Assembly (NCBI GenBank): GCA_905178155.1
Contig: CAJINV010000005.1
Location: 439,319-503,318 of the forward strand
Reading direction: 5' to 3'
DNA: 64,000 bases
Source: Amoebophrya sp. A120
Lineage: Eukaryota > Protista > Dinoflagellata
In this document: positions 35,945 through 48,882 of the stretch, piece after piece
Layout of the letters: each line of letters begins with the position of its first letter
How positions within the stretch are numbered: the stretch's first letter is position 1
Notes under the pieces: generated by a model
Told to the model about the DNA's origin: nothing
Seen by the model: the letters and a program-made list of their open reading frames with translations, nothing else
Databases searched by the model: none
Translations under genes and position numbers: made by a program

Positions 35945-37708
35945 TCAGAAATATTTTCTCAGAAGCTCCGTACCAAAATCAAACAGGTCTTGTAACCCAC
36001 TCCGATGCAAAATCAGAAACCTCGCTTCAAAGTTATTCCTCTGCACGACGTTATCTTCAGTTGGGCCTTCTTTTCCGCGGTCCATGTTCTGGAAAAACTC
36101 AGGCTCATAGTGCAGGTCACAGCTCCGGTGCGAATGATGCATCGATTTAAACATCACAGCGACCTCCTGCGGTTTGTTCGTTTCCTTACATCTTGATTGC
36201 AGGCAACAAATCAGGTCCGTGTCTTTGATCGGGACCTTTTTGGTATTATCAAACTCATCAGGAACAACAACCACATCAGAATCGTCTTCAGCATCGCTTT
36301 CTCCTTCTGCTCCATGTAGAAGTTCTTGTGGCCGCTTTACTTCTGTTCCTCGTCCTAGTTGTTCAGCTGCAGAACTATCATCTGCAAGAACTTCTACCTC
36401 CTGCGCTGCCTGTTTCTCTATCAGACCTTGCACCTGTTCCGAAAAATATTCGTCCAGCAGCCGTTGGTCCTGCTCCTTATCCGCCCAAATCCTCTTGGAT
36501 TGCACGCACAACGAGCTCGCCACCGCTTTCTGGTCGTGACACAGCGTGAACCACAGGTTGCACACGTCATGTTCGGCCTGGTTCAGTATCAACCGGAACT
36601 TCTTCAGATAATTTTCGTATTCCTCCGGCGATGCTGCGCGCCGGATCACGTCGCGGGCGGGGACTTGTTGTGAAGCTTGTAGTTGCTCGACTGCAGCGGG
36701 TGCTGACGAGTGAGGGAACGAGGAGAATAAAGGTTCATCTTCTGGCACCTCTTCATCTTCCCCTGCAACAGTCGATGGCGTACGCGTGGAAGAACAAGCA
36801 GCGGTGCTATCCCTTCGAAGTAAATTCAACGGAGACGCTGCAGCTTCATTATCATTACCACGACGTTTCTCGTCCGCCAGCTTCTCCCCCGCACGCCGGT
36901 GCCACAGTGGCAGCCAGGAAAGAAGAAACTCTTCTAGCACCTCTTCTCCGTTGTTGCAATCCGAAGTTGGATCGTTATTCCATCTGTCCTTGAAGCAGTC
37001 GAAGTCCGTGTGCCAGTGGTTCAAATAGGTCTTTTTCCCGTCGAGCCCGATGCCCCGGGTTCGGTAGGAAATAAACAGAACCTCGCAAGAACAGGCTTCA
37101 TCGTTATTCTTTCCCTCACATTTTTGGTCGTTGTACACGCACTGCAGATGATTTTCTGCGGCTTGTATCAGAGGACGAAACTTCGTATCGTCGTCATCGT
37201 GCAAGGGGCTTTTGTTCATCCCCTCTCTGCAATTTTTTCGATTCTCTTCGTAATCCGGGTGGCTTCTCCAGTTTTTGTAAAATTCCCGCATGTTCCCGAT
37301 CTGTAACGACAGATGCTCGATCTCTGACAAGTTTTTATCGGCGTGCTCTGATTTTGCTTTTTTGTTCTGCGGCCGTGATGTCGTCCCCTCGTCGGGCAAC
37401 CGGTACACTCCGATTTTCTCCAAACATTGCTTGGCCCAAGAGGTGTAGGAGCAAGTGTCGCTACTTGTGATGGTGGAGCTTTTATCTACTAAAGATGAAA
37501 GATCACTATCCGGCTTCACCCTTCTTGTTCTACTATCAAACTCCGGCAGCGCGCGCACCCCGGTGAAGCGATTCTCTCGGGTCACTTTGGGAATTGTGAA
37601 TCTGCTTCCCAGAGACTCATAGAGCGTGTATGCCGCGTTCGCCTTGACTCCGTCGGCGAGCTGGAGCTTGTCGAGGGAAAACTCCTCGTCCTGGTCAATT
37701 ATGGGCAT
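35945..37708 (-). CDS. Hypothetical protein, possibly CmcJ/NvfI-like Fe(II)/2OG oxidoreductase
   Basis: Uninterrupted ORF (first ATG 37708). HWHTD, CNLWFTL, MFKSMHHSH and RNNFEARFL resemble the HxD...H...RxSxExR pattern. Confidence 0.6.
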   Translation of the reverse strand: MPIIDQDEEFSLDKLQLADGVKANAAYTLYESLGSRFTIPKVTRENRFTGVRALPEFDSRTRRVKPDSDLSSLVDKSSTITSSDTCSYTSWAKQCLEKIGVYRLPDEGTTSRPQNKKAKSEHADKNLSEIEHLSLQIGNMREFYKNWRSHPDYEENRKNCREGMNKSPLHDDDDTKFRPLIQAAENHLQCVYNDQKCEGKNNDEACSCEVLFISYRTRGIGLDGKKTYLNHWHTDFDCFKDRWNNDPTSDCNNGEEVLEEFLLSWLPLWHRRAGEKLADEKRRGNDNEAAASPLNLLRRDSTAACSSTRTPSTVAGEDEEVPEDEPLFSSFPHSSAPAAVEQLQASQQVPARDVIRRAASPEEYENYLKKFRLILNQAEHDVCNLWFTLCHDQKAVASSLCVQSKRIWADKEQDQRLLDEYFSEQVQGLIEKQAAQEVEVLADDSSAAEQLGRGTEVKRPQELLHGAEGESDAEDDSDVVVVPDEFDNTKKVPIKDTDLICCLQSRCKETNKPQEVAVMFKSMHHSHRSCDLHYEPEFFQNMDRGKEGPTEDNVVQRNNFEARFLILHRSGLQDLFDFGTELLRKYF

Positions 37709-38346
37709 TTTGGTGTTTTGTGCTTTATTTGCACTCGAAATATACAGGTTTGAACCAGAACTACCGTATGTTCTTGGTAGCGTCTGGCAAAAAAATAGAT
37801 TTTCGAAATCTATTTTCTTAAACAAGCGTGAGCGTCTGGATGTCGGTGTCGCTGAGTAGAATAGAGATAAAATGGCTGATGTCGCAAGGGGCAAAAATGA
37901 AGGACCAAAAACAAAAAGAGAAAGACGATCATGATAAGATATGATTACTAAAGTTCAAAAGCTAATGGATCCATGAGATTCTTTCTCAGCAAGATCTACT
38001 GTTTACACTTGCAAAGGGATTTGTTTTCCAAGATCGATGCACTTGCCACCGCTGGACATCGGCGCAGCGAGGTATCGCCGGTGCGTGCAGTTTGAATCTT
38101 TTATTTCTTGCCCGCTTTATGTTTATTTTTTCTTCACTTTCTTTTCTCTTTTATCATATTACACTCTTTGCTTTTTTTTTCCTTCGTTGTTTCCGATTCC
38201 GATAGTGCGTATGCATTTGTGAAAATCTAGACCAACAAAATTGAGCCGCAAGACTATTCAGAGGAAGCAAAATTCAAAAACTTTATTCCTGCGTAAGTAG
38301 TTCGGTGGTGTGCATTTGCGTATCGAAACCTGGTTGTGTGAAATTC

Positions 38347-41300
38347 TCACATCACAATCTCCGTCGCCTGCTCTCCACGACCTTCTAGATGCATTTCTGG
38401 AACATCAAGCGCTTGCGTGTAGAGCAAGGAAAATTGCATTTGCAGCAGCTTCACCCCGTTTTCGTCTGCATTTCTATTCCTTGCGCTTCTTGTTCTACTT
38501 CCCGCGTTGCTGCTTCTAGTCAGTCCGCAGACGGAAAATTTTGGAGAAGGGCCGCTGCTCTCGTCCCCGCCCACAGAACCGCAATTTGTAACCGACACCA
38601 CTTCTTCTGGTAGTTCCCAAGCGAGGCGGTTCTCCACGGGAAGGGCTGTTTCCAGATCCCAGATCAACTCCAGAATCCGCTTGTTTTCTTGCTTCAACCC
38701 GAGTAGAAATCGGTTTTGAACCAATACTATCGACTGAAACATCCTGTCCTCCACGAACTCCGCGACCGGGTACAGGTTTCGGTCGTAGACGGTAAGCAGG
38801 CCAATAGACTGATCCAGCACCACGGTATGGATCTTCTGGCTTGTTGGGTTACTACTAGTCGCCTGTTCTGCTCTAGTACCTCCGTGCGCAGTAGCAGGTG
38901 GATGTGGAACGAGAACATCCGCGGCAAGTTGTTCATCCTGTGCGAGAGGAGAAGACGGTGCTCTTGATGTAACCGAGGCGGTACTGCTGGCATCTGTCCT
39001 CTCAGTAGTGCTGGAGGCGAGCAAAATGTGCGTCGGCGACGTTGCAGCTGCATCGTGCGCTGGTTGGAAAAAATGCTGGATCTGTGGCCCGGTGAAGATT
39101 TTTTCTGCACTGCTTTTTCTGTTTTTCTTTTTCATTCCGAAAAACAACTCTGGCCTCGGGCATGCGATGGCGATCTCGTGTTCTGAAAGCAGCGGCAGAG
39201 AAGTACTACCTGGTCGCCCGCTTGATTCCGCCACGACGACAGGCGTACCTTCGTACACAGTGAGCTCGGATACCGGGGCGCGCACCGCACAAGAATCATC
39301 TTCTACAGTGTGGTTTGTTGTACTAGCGTGAGCATCTATAATTGCATCATCTGCGATGTCAGTTGGAGTTGATACCATCCCTGTTGTACTCGTCGCTCCT
39401 AACTCCACGCGGTGCAGGCGGTACGTGTCCGCGAGGAAGCAGACGAGATTGTTTGTCTCTCCTGGTGCACGACTTCTCGTGCAGGCAACAGCCATGGGCG
39501 AGAAAAATGCCGCATTCGCTTTTTGCGGTTGTATGGTGTGCACTGCGGTTAGTCTCGGTGTGTGAAGGTGGTAGAACACATCTGGCGCGCCTACCGTGGT
39601 TGCGGAGCTAGTAGCGGGCGCATTGTTCCTAGAAGTTGTACTGGAGAAGAGTATTGGCAGGATGCTCGAAGTCGCGTAAGAGACAGACGCAAGCTTAGCA
39701 GCCAGGTTCAGCTTGTCCGTGGAGGAAAATGCAGGGGCGCTGTGATGCCGATGCAGCTGCTGGTTAAAAGCAGCTGCGTGTCCTCGTGCGGTGTTGCGAA
39801 GATCGCTGCACTCCTCGTAGGTGCGTGATAATTTGTTGTCGCGCGGAACTACTTCGGCCTGCCCCTCATCGGAACTAGAAGCACTTGCTGTGTAGCACAA
39901 TACCCTCCACCAAGACACGACCGGGGTCGTCGTGCTGGAAGAAGAGGCACCACGAGCAGATGAACTGTCGTTTGGCCGTCCAGAATAAAAGTGCTGGTCA
40001 TCTTCTTGCTGCTGGTCCTCGCTCCCCCCGCGGCTATCAAATGCAAAAAGTGTCTGGGTCTGGAAAGGTTGGACCTTGTGATGCTAACTTTGGACTCTAA
40101 AAAAATTTGTATTGCACGACCAGCAAGAGGAGTCTAGTTTGTGCTACGCGGGGAGGGCGTTTGTCATGCGGAGTAGGCATCTGGAAGCCCTCTAAAAATC
40201 TGTGATGCTAAGTCGTGCATTACAGACATCCCGGGTCATGCAAAACCTCCATGACAAGTCTCAGAATCTTCCAGAACCGGACATATTTGCATTTGATAGC
40301 GGCCCTGATGAGGCAACTTCCTTCGTATCCAGCTCGGATCCTGCCCCCCCGGCACGTTCGCACCGAAGGCCATGGTGGAAATCGACCAGAGCAACCCGAT
40401 ATGGATTGCAAATATGTCTGGGTCTGGAAGAGTGCAAGATATGTCATGCATATTTCTCATGGCCCATGGTGCCTGTAATTCATGACCCTGCATCAGAGAC
40501 TTTTAGAGGGCTTCCTGATGCACCTTCCGCATGAGAAATGTCCTGTCTGCGTAGCACAAACTGGACCCCCCTTGCTGGTCATGCAATACAAATTTTTTTC
40601 GAATCCAAAAACAGCATGACAAGTTCCAGACCCAGACATTTTTGCATTTGGTACCCGACGGTCCACACCCCGACCAACACGGCGGAGCCGGCGAAAAACG
40701 TCTTCCAGGGCAGCAAGCCCGGCGGCGCGGCTCGCGTTCCCGCGCTCGAAGAGGACGAGTTATAATTCGGCGTACTCCCGGCAGATTGTTGCAGACTCAG
40801 GTTCGAGAGCTCCCTCTTCCGCCGCAGCCATTCCAAACTCCGGTTCCAGGACGACGAAGGGTCGTGAGTACAATTATCCGGGCTGTTGTTGTTTGCACGG
40901 GAAGATTGATACTGATCATCTATTCCTCTTGGCGTTCTTGTCGAAGTGGCCGCGGCTCCAGGCGCGGTGCCTCTCCTTCCTCTCGTCGCAGATGACGAGC
41001 CGTTCGCTACTTCCTGTGGTCCAGTATCATCTTCCCCTGCACTCGAAGAGGACATCACATTCCCCCGGTGACTGGGCGTGTTTCCAGTTTTCTCGGAGGA
41101 GTGGGGAAACGGGTGGAAACTCACCGCAGCCAGGGGGCGATTGACGAAATGTTTCATCGTCCCTGCGTCCACCCCCTCGCGGCCGCCGAATCGCCACTCC
41201 TGCGCCGGGTTGTGGCGGTCCTGATTGGAGGCCGGTTTCGGATTTGGTGCGGGGGTTTTGTTCGATTTGTTCCGTTTTTTGGAGCTGCTGTTGCTTGATG

Positions 41301-44300
41301 ATGAGCTGCTTGAGGATCCGGCATCTGTATAATTCTGATTCCTGCTGTTCCCCCCTGGTGTCGTGTTGCTCCTCTGCAAGGTCGGTATAATGCCGCGGGT
41401 GGAAGCACTACTGGCAGATGAAGTACCTCCGGCTACAACCCCCAGCTGTTTTGCTCGGCTGCTCTGAGAGAAAGAAGCGGATCCCGTAGCAGTTGTTGAA
41501 AAAGCGGTGGTGTTGCTGCGCTGAACCGCTGCGGTGCCCCCGCTGTGTGTTCTACCAGTAGAAATGGCCCCCTCGCTAAGATTTCCCCCATGTTGATCCG
41601 CAGACCGGTTCGTGCTGCCCCCGGAGGGAGAATTGCTGTTGATGTTGTATTCGGACCATTCGTAGCCCTGCACCGAGGAAAGCATCAACCCGCCCTCTGA
41701 CGTCGTATACGTCGATCCAGTTTCGCTGTTCCCGGACTGGGTTGAAGATTTGGAAAAATTTCGCGAAATGGTAGTACTGTTGTTCATGTAGTCCTCACCA
41801 GTGCAGCCTTCAGCATCGGGTAATATTACCCCAGTGCAAACACACTTCTCCCCCAGTGCGTCCACAAGTTCCGCAAAATCCGTAATCAGCCGCTCCAAAT
41901 TTGAAAGCGAAAGTGCAACTTTTGCGTTCTTTGGCAAGTCCCACTTTGTCTGTTTCGCCTCGGGGTCGTAGTAGAAAACCGTTGCGCCGAAACCCTCGGA
42001 CCAAACGATCTCCACGTAGGTCGGGACTTCTCCACCACCACTTTTATTTGTCGGAGTGGTTGTAACCGCGACCGCGACCGCAGTAGGTGCTGCTGTGTCC
42101 TCTACTTCACCGCCGGCTTCCTGTGCAGCCACGAGCTTCGCAGCGGCGGCTGTCGCGACATCCACCTCGCTGATGCCCTCCATGCAGAAGGACACGTGAC
42201 CACCCCCAGCGGTCGTGTCTACTGTATCAAGAGGGTCGACGTCTTTCGCGGAGGATGAACCGCCGTTCCTTGGGCTGGGCGGCTGGCTCGAGCACTGCTG
42301 GACTAAATCCTTCAATTTCGCACTCGCTTTGTCGTATTTCTCCTGCAAGAATTCGCACTGTCCCGCCGCCCCCAAATCCAACTGTTCGTGCGCTTTCGCC
42401 CGTGCGTAGAGGTTCAGGGGTTTGAAAATGTCTTTTTGGATCTCCCGGCAGTCCTTGATCATCTGGGCGGTGGTCAAATCTTCGAAAAAATCCCCGTCCA
42501 CCCAGTGTTCCTGACCGGCGGGGAGTGAGAGCTGCATCGACATCGTTGTGGTCGTCCCGTCGTGGCCAACTGCACCTCTTGGTGTGTAGTTGTTCGTCCC
42601 ATCATTTGTGCTAGCGCCGAGAGAATTGGTATGTTGCGCTGGACTCGAGGAAGATGTTCCACCTGCTCCGAACAGACTCGCACTGCTCGTCTTCCGACTG
42701 CGGTTCTCGTTCAGTTCCGTGGACGCTTTGTCGTACCAGCCGAAGACGTCGAGGTACAGCACGGACCGAAAGGTCGTGGGCAAGGCGACGTTGTCTTCGG
42801 TGATTTGCGCGCGCGTGATGGTCAAGATGAAGATGATCCAGACGAGATGGGCGAGGAAACCTAACGGCACAACGACCCTGTGGAAATCGTACAGTGCGTC
42901 GTTGTCGAGGATCTTCAGCGTCGTGCCCGACGCGGATAAAACCGGGCCGACAAGAAGCAGTGAACAGGCGATGTAAGTCGCTCTTCTGTGCAGGTAGAGA
43001 TCGAGGCGCGCGAGGAGGATTGACGCGCAGGTGAACACTGCGGCGCAACCGTACGCGACCATCGGAGCTTTAGCCTGTAGTTTTGGAGGATTTTGGTAGA
43101 AGTTTGCATTTCATCATCTCGCATAAGGTATGCACAGTGCAAGTGAGTACGCGGACGAGGAAAACAAGCATCACCAAAAGGAAGCACCACCTGCTTCTTT
43201 CCGCGTAAAAAAAATGTACCTCGATGATCAAATATCCCAACACGTAATATGTGAGCGCGTGCAGTAATTGGTTCGTGCCCATCGACATCGCTACTCTGGC
43301 GTACGCATCGTACGACTGCCAGTTGGCTTGCAGTTGCCGGTAGAGCTTCACGTGCTCCAACATCGTCACATGGTCTGCGGACGTGAGCTGCTGCGTCTGC
43401 AGCTGGGCGGATGTTGAATTACCGCCTGTACTTGAAGATGGTACTACCCCAGAACTGTGCTCCGCGATGGGGTGGAGCTCGTGATCGAGCGCATGCGGGT
43501 CGTCGTGCTCGTCATTGGCACCGCCCTTAGTCGGGGTGTTTTTAGAGGACTGTTCTCCTGCGTGCTCCCGGCTCATAGTATCGTTTAACTTTTCCGCTTG
43601 CTGCTTCCAGATGGGCACCCGCAGCATATCTCCAAGTTTCTTCCCTTCGTAGTCGGTCGCGTACCCCCGCGCTGCGTCGATCTGGGTAACCGAAGGGACG
43701 GGGAGACGGACGAACTGCGTGAGCAGTCGGACACCGAAAGAGTGCGCGGCAATGGAGGCATGCATGGCGAGCCAGACGGAGATTAGAAGGTAGAGAAAAG
43801 CACCGGAGATGCTTATCAGATACCTGCGATTAATAAATGTACTTGACTTTCCTTGCTCGCGCACAAGAGCCATCATGCGCAATAAAAAAACTACAAACAC
43901 AAAGGGCAAAATAAAAACATCGAACCGAAAAACTGTAAATTTAAATCTACTTTTGATACGGAAAAAAAAGAAAAAAGCCAGTAGACTTTATTCAGTCTAG
44001 TACAGCCAGAGCATCCAGTCGGGGTACAGCGTTCCCTCCTTGCTCTCCAACCTTCCCTCGGTGTACAAGGCGACGCAAAACCCGAGCTGCAAAGTGTTCA
44101 CGATCAGGTAATTATCCATTTTCGCGATCGTCAAACCGACCAAGTCCCGGACGTCCTCGCGATAAAGTTCGAACTGCTTCACCCGCATGTCCTGGCCCTG
44201 GTACTCGCGCTTGATGCGCTGTTCCTGATCGAACATAAAGTTCTTCCGGTTGTAGTTGAACAGCGCGTGCGCGCCCGCCCCCAGCGCGGCGATCACCTCC

Positions 44301-44305
44301 ACCAT
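38347..44305 (-). CDS. Large multi-pass membrane protein of unknown function; 2 introners plus GT-AG introns
   Basis: ORFs 43997..44305, 43070..43909, 40579..43062 and 38347..39918 join in frame (WL|YLISIS, IE|AKAPMV, TVGLLWS, QGRGGSE). Several TM segments and long S/T/G-rich tracts. Confidence 0.75.
40035..40298. mobile_element. TIR introner, family A
   Basis: DR GCGGC/GCGGC; interior closely similar to 4065-4326. Confidence 0.93.
40400..40653. mobile_element. TIR introner, family A (inverted relative to its neighbour 40035-40298)
   Basis: DR CCCGA/CCCGA. Confidence 0.92.
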
Positions 44306-45142
44306 TTTGCTAGTAAGCTATCAAAGGCTTTCTTTTCAAAAAGTCAAATTTTTGTATTTCTTAGTTAGAGGACTATAATCGACATCGAAATCGATAGCGT
44401 CTAGTACAAAGATACGAAAACGAATACGAAACTTCTTGTCGTGGTGGCCAATAAGTACTTACTTACCCCGCTGCCCGCTCAAAAAAAAGGCCTTTTTACT
44501 TATTAGGTCGGTGGCTCTGGCTCTGCCTTCATCTTTGTCAAGCTTTTCTCGCCTCAAGCACCGTCGAGAGTTGATGGTCATAGAGACAGGCAGAAGTCTA
44601 AGTCATACAGTGACAGATGCATCCTCAGAAACAATTACAATACGAAAAGCAAGGAACAACAGCTAGGTCTTTGCTCTTCCAGCACTAGGTTTCCTTGCAG
44701 TTCGAGCTGCGCCAGAGTGTAGAGGTTTCTCCGAAACTTTCGTGCTGTTGCAGTTCTTTTCTTTCGGTTTTTCTGTCTGCGTGTGTCTGTGCCTGTGCAT
44801 TTAGCGTTTCAAACTGTGCATTTTGTTTTTTGTTGAAATAAACCGAAAAAAGCGATGTATGTTGAAACGCGGTCGCAGTCTCAGCGTCGGAGTCCATTGC
44901 AAGAGGAAGAGCAGCGCGGCGTCGCAGGAGTGCTGCAATGAGTGACTACTTTTCAACGCTTCATTGCAGAACAATGTTCCTACACGAGCACATTTCCAAA
45001 TCAAACTCGCGAGATCGCCTTATCCGAATGAAGACTTCCTCGCCCTACTCGGTGTAGAAGAAGTACAGCTAATACGCAGCATGAAGAAACCGATTCATTC
45101 GCGCAGCAATGGCGCGACACCTTGGTGTTTGTCTCTCCGCAG

Positions 45143-48100
45143 TCAGGTGGTCGACGCAGCAGCGGCTTTCTGTGGTGGTGAGCTTGCACCTCCGCTGCCG
45201 TCACCTCCAACAGCATTCCCCGCCGCCGTTTTCTTCGCAAATATGAAATGCCCGCGCGTCCGCCTGACTGCCCAGATTTGCCGTGGAAGCTGGTGTGGGT
45301 TCAATACGGGCAACACCCGACAAACGTCCTCGACCGACCCGGCGTCAAAAAGGCGCTTCAAGTGTAGGAGGGCGATCTGATTTTCGGATAATGTTGATCT
45401 TCCTTGTGCATTTAGAAACAATTCTGGTCTATTAGAACGTTTACGTTGCATAGGCATTCCTTTCAAACAGAGCAGCACGCACCAGATGCATCTTTGCATT
45501 AACAACAATAAAATCATGCTAAAAAATCTTCTCATGATGTCTTTCTGTCTACTCTCTTGCAAGAAGTAGAAGTACATGCGCCTTCCCGGTGTCCAGATCC
45601 AGCGCATCGGCTGCGTCGTTGATGTTCTTTTGCGCATGAATGGGTCCAGACGACAGGTAGTCGACCAGCTGCCCGAGCTCTTCGTCGCTGACTCCCATCT
45701 GCGGGCCCCAGATGTAGTGCTTTCCACAAACCAAGGCCTTCGTGACGTAGGACTGCACCGTTTGCGGTTTCAGGTTCAATTCCGACCCGACCTCCTCCAA
45801 CGTGTAGCCCTGCTGGAACACACGCAGCCAGACCCGGTGCACCGCGTTCGGGAGGAGAATCTCGTGGTCCAGTGGCGGTTTCATACTGTCGTCCGGAGGA
45901 CGAGGACCTCCACTCGGCGATGCTCCTGGATCGGTTGCAGAAGTCGCTGGAGAGGACGATCCACCGCTGCTTGCAGCTCCTGCTGGGGCGTTAGTACAAC
46001 CATCACTTCCGTTATTTGGAGGTGGGCTGTAGGTGCTTATCCTCTGCGGGACGAAGAGCCACTGATGGGACTGGGGATTTTCCAGGTCTAGGGGCGTGCA
46101 GTCTGCTACCGCAGGCGCAGGCTCAGGTTTCACTTTGGGTTTATTTCTCGGCTTGTTTGCAGCTCCTTCTTGGGGTGCAAGATGACCGGCGGCTGCACCA
46201 TCGTTAGCATCTGCTTGTGAAGATCCTCCTCCACTTGTTTCTGCTCTAGCGTTCGTCGCTGATGCTGACCCCCTAGCAGCGACATCTATTCTTCGCTTTT
46301 TCAGGACGAGATTAGTGTCCTCGATGTCTTCTACGATGTTGACCGCTGGTGCTTCTATTAACGGGGGTTTCGCAACCTTTGTGCCGAGAAACTCGGACAC
46401 CATGTGTAAATTCTCCTGCGTTGCCCCCACTCCCACCGGCGCCTCCTGATCGCTGGACTTTTTTCTCCTCGATGAAGCCGAAGACGTGGACGGTTTACGG
46501 AGCATGTTTCTCACCTTGCCGGGCGGTGCATCCTCGTCTGGTGCGGCACTCTGCGCTGCTGAAGCTCCTACAGAAGGCTGCGCTCCCGCAGCAAAGGATG
46601 GAGCGGACTCCTCGCCAGTTGTAGCATCTACTTCGCTGTTGGTACTAGATGATGAAGTTCCGCAGCTCACCGTTGTACCGTCGAAGGTTGTATCAGAGGT
46701 CCTTATTTCAGGTGAGGTACTTCTAGATGAACCATCCTCCGCAAGAGCTACAACCTCCTCTCCAGAAGAGAAAAACCCCTCCGGCAGCGTCGTGTCGAAA
46801 CACGCGGGTGCTTTCACAACTTTCAACCGGTTCGCTTTCCGCAATTTCAAAGCCAAACTGGCGGACGCAAACCGGGGCAGGAAAATCACCGGGCCGCTCC
46901 CTCCGGTCAGACTGTAGTGACTCGAGCACACCATCCCTTCCAGATTGAAGCTGGTGATATTAGAACTACTTCCACTACTACTTCCACCGGCGCCCTTGTT
47001 GCTGCTCTTTCTCACGTACTTGAGCTGCTCTGATTCCGGTAAATCTTGCAACGTCTCCAGCGCCCAGTAGGTCGACAGATGGCTCGCGGCGTCCGTCGCA
47101 GCGTACACTTGTTGCACGTTGGTGAGGGGCAGGTTCTCCCAATCGGAGCACCGGGTTTTCTTCGCTTTGTCCATGGGGACGCCGTAAAAGAAGGCACACA
47201 GAGAGGCCAGAGTGAAGTTCGTGATCTGATTTATCATAATTCTTGTTCTACTTGTCTCCCTTCGTAATATTCTACTTCCTATGCGCGTGCGCGGTGTTAA
47301 ATGCCAATGCGAGAATGCGAGGCTTATTAATCAAACGAGGACATAGGAGCAGATAGAAAGAGAATTGCACATGTACTGTTCTTGAACGAGGACATCACAA
47401 CCTTGTAAGTACCTCATCGACCTGGTCTTTTCCAACAGCCGCTTGTGGCGAGGCCGCAGACCCGGGGTTGATTTTCTTCCGTGCCAGCTTTTCCGTGTCC
47501 ACTCAATATTAGAATGAAAAATGCCCCCACCCCAGAATTTGCAAAAGTTTCTCATGCAAAGTTTCCAAATGAAAGATTTTTGTCTTGCATGACAGAACTA
47601 CGAACCTTTCTGATGCAGAATCTAGGTGCGCAAGGCATCTTGTGCAATGCAGACCCGGCTACTGTTGGGCTCCTTTGCAACACAACTTTGAGCTATTCAG
47701 CATGGAAAATTTGTGATGCTAAGATATGCAAGACGGCGAATATTTCATTTGGAAAGTTTTGCAATACAAATGCGTCCAAGTTCTGGGGTGGGGGCATTTT
47801 TCATTGTAGTACCCAAGCGACCTTGTTTTCCGACACTGTGATCAGGTTGTATAACCTGCTCAGGTGTTACAGTGTCAAACGTTACAATAGAATATGGAAA
47901 TCTGTGATGCAAGAGTGCATGTTCTAGCCCACTCTCATAGGATTGCGCATGACAAGTTCCGAAGTCCCAAATCCCACTAGAATCTGGCGAAATTTGTATT
48001 GCAAAAGGTGGAATGCTGTGCGAGTCTGTCATGCTGATCATGCAACACAAGCTCCAGACTCTATTGCAACGTTTGAGATTGTAACGTTTGAGCAAGCCAT

Positions 48101-48882
48101 AGGTTGTCGTTGACCAAGCGCGTGCAGTCGCCCTTGATATTCACCCCAACTTTCAGAATGTTGTCGTCCTCGAGAATCCGCTTCAGCGACGGCGGAAACT
48201 TCAAAAAGTGCTTCAGGTGGAAAAGCTTCACCTGAAAATGTTGTTAACAAGTTGCAGTTTCATAAGATTTTTGAGAACAAATAAAATCCAACAGCTGGTT
48301 TGCAACAAATAAGGACGAGAGCATCTTCGCGAGTCTTATCCTGGTGCACAACAAGATGGATCCAATGACTCGTCCTCCAGACTAGTGATGTTGTACTCGC
48401 AGTCGTATAGTAAGTACTTGCATTTTCCGCTGTAACGAGGCGTGTGAGGGTATCAGTTGTAGTGGCCAGCTATCCCTTGCGAGCGGGCTCTTATCTTCGT
48501 AGGCCAATTGGAGCAACGCGACTTTTGATCGGTGGTTTTTCCTGTACGACATATTCCACTCCGCGTCTACGCCCACGAGGGAAACCTTTTCTCGTAAAAT
48601 CTTCTTGCAAATCTCCTCTGCGTCGAGCGCGCAAGTCACGTACTGGCACCGCCCGGAAAACCTGAACGTATTTTGCATTCGGGAAGGTTGTGGCCGTGGG
48701 GGGCTTGTGCTTGTGGAGGAGGAAGTAGAACTACTCGATGAAGACGAAGTCGATCTCGAGCTGCGCGTCGTCGTGCTTGCTGCACCACTGGCAGCAAGCT
48801 TTGCGGCTGCCCGGGTGCTGGAAGAGGTGAGGCGGGAGGTCGTCACCTGGAGTACCGGGAAAGACCGGTGAAACCGAACCAT
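45143..48882 (-). CDS. WRN/EXD2-like DEDDy 3'-5' exonuclease with C-terminal helix-turn-helix; 2 introners plus GT-AG introns
   Basis: VGVDAEW, KVALLQLA, LKRILEDDNILKVGVNIKGD and SDWENLPLTNVQQVYAATDA motifs; HTH-like TLEEVGSELNLKPQTVQSYV. Both ends are inferred. Confidence 0.85.
47507..47811. mobile_element. TIR introner, family B'
   Basis: DR CTCAA/CCCAA; homologous to 3684-3981. Confidence 0.9.
47850..48101. mobile_element. TIR introner, family I
   Basis: TATAACCTGCTCAGGTGTTACAGTGTCAAACGTTACAATAG / CTATTGCAACGTTTGAGATTGTAACGTTTGAGCAAGCCATA; DR GGTTG/GGTTG. Confidence 0.92.
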
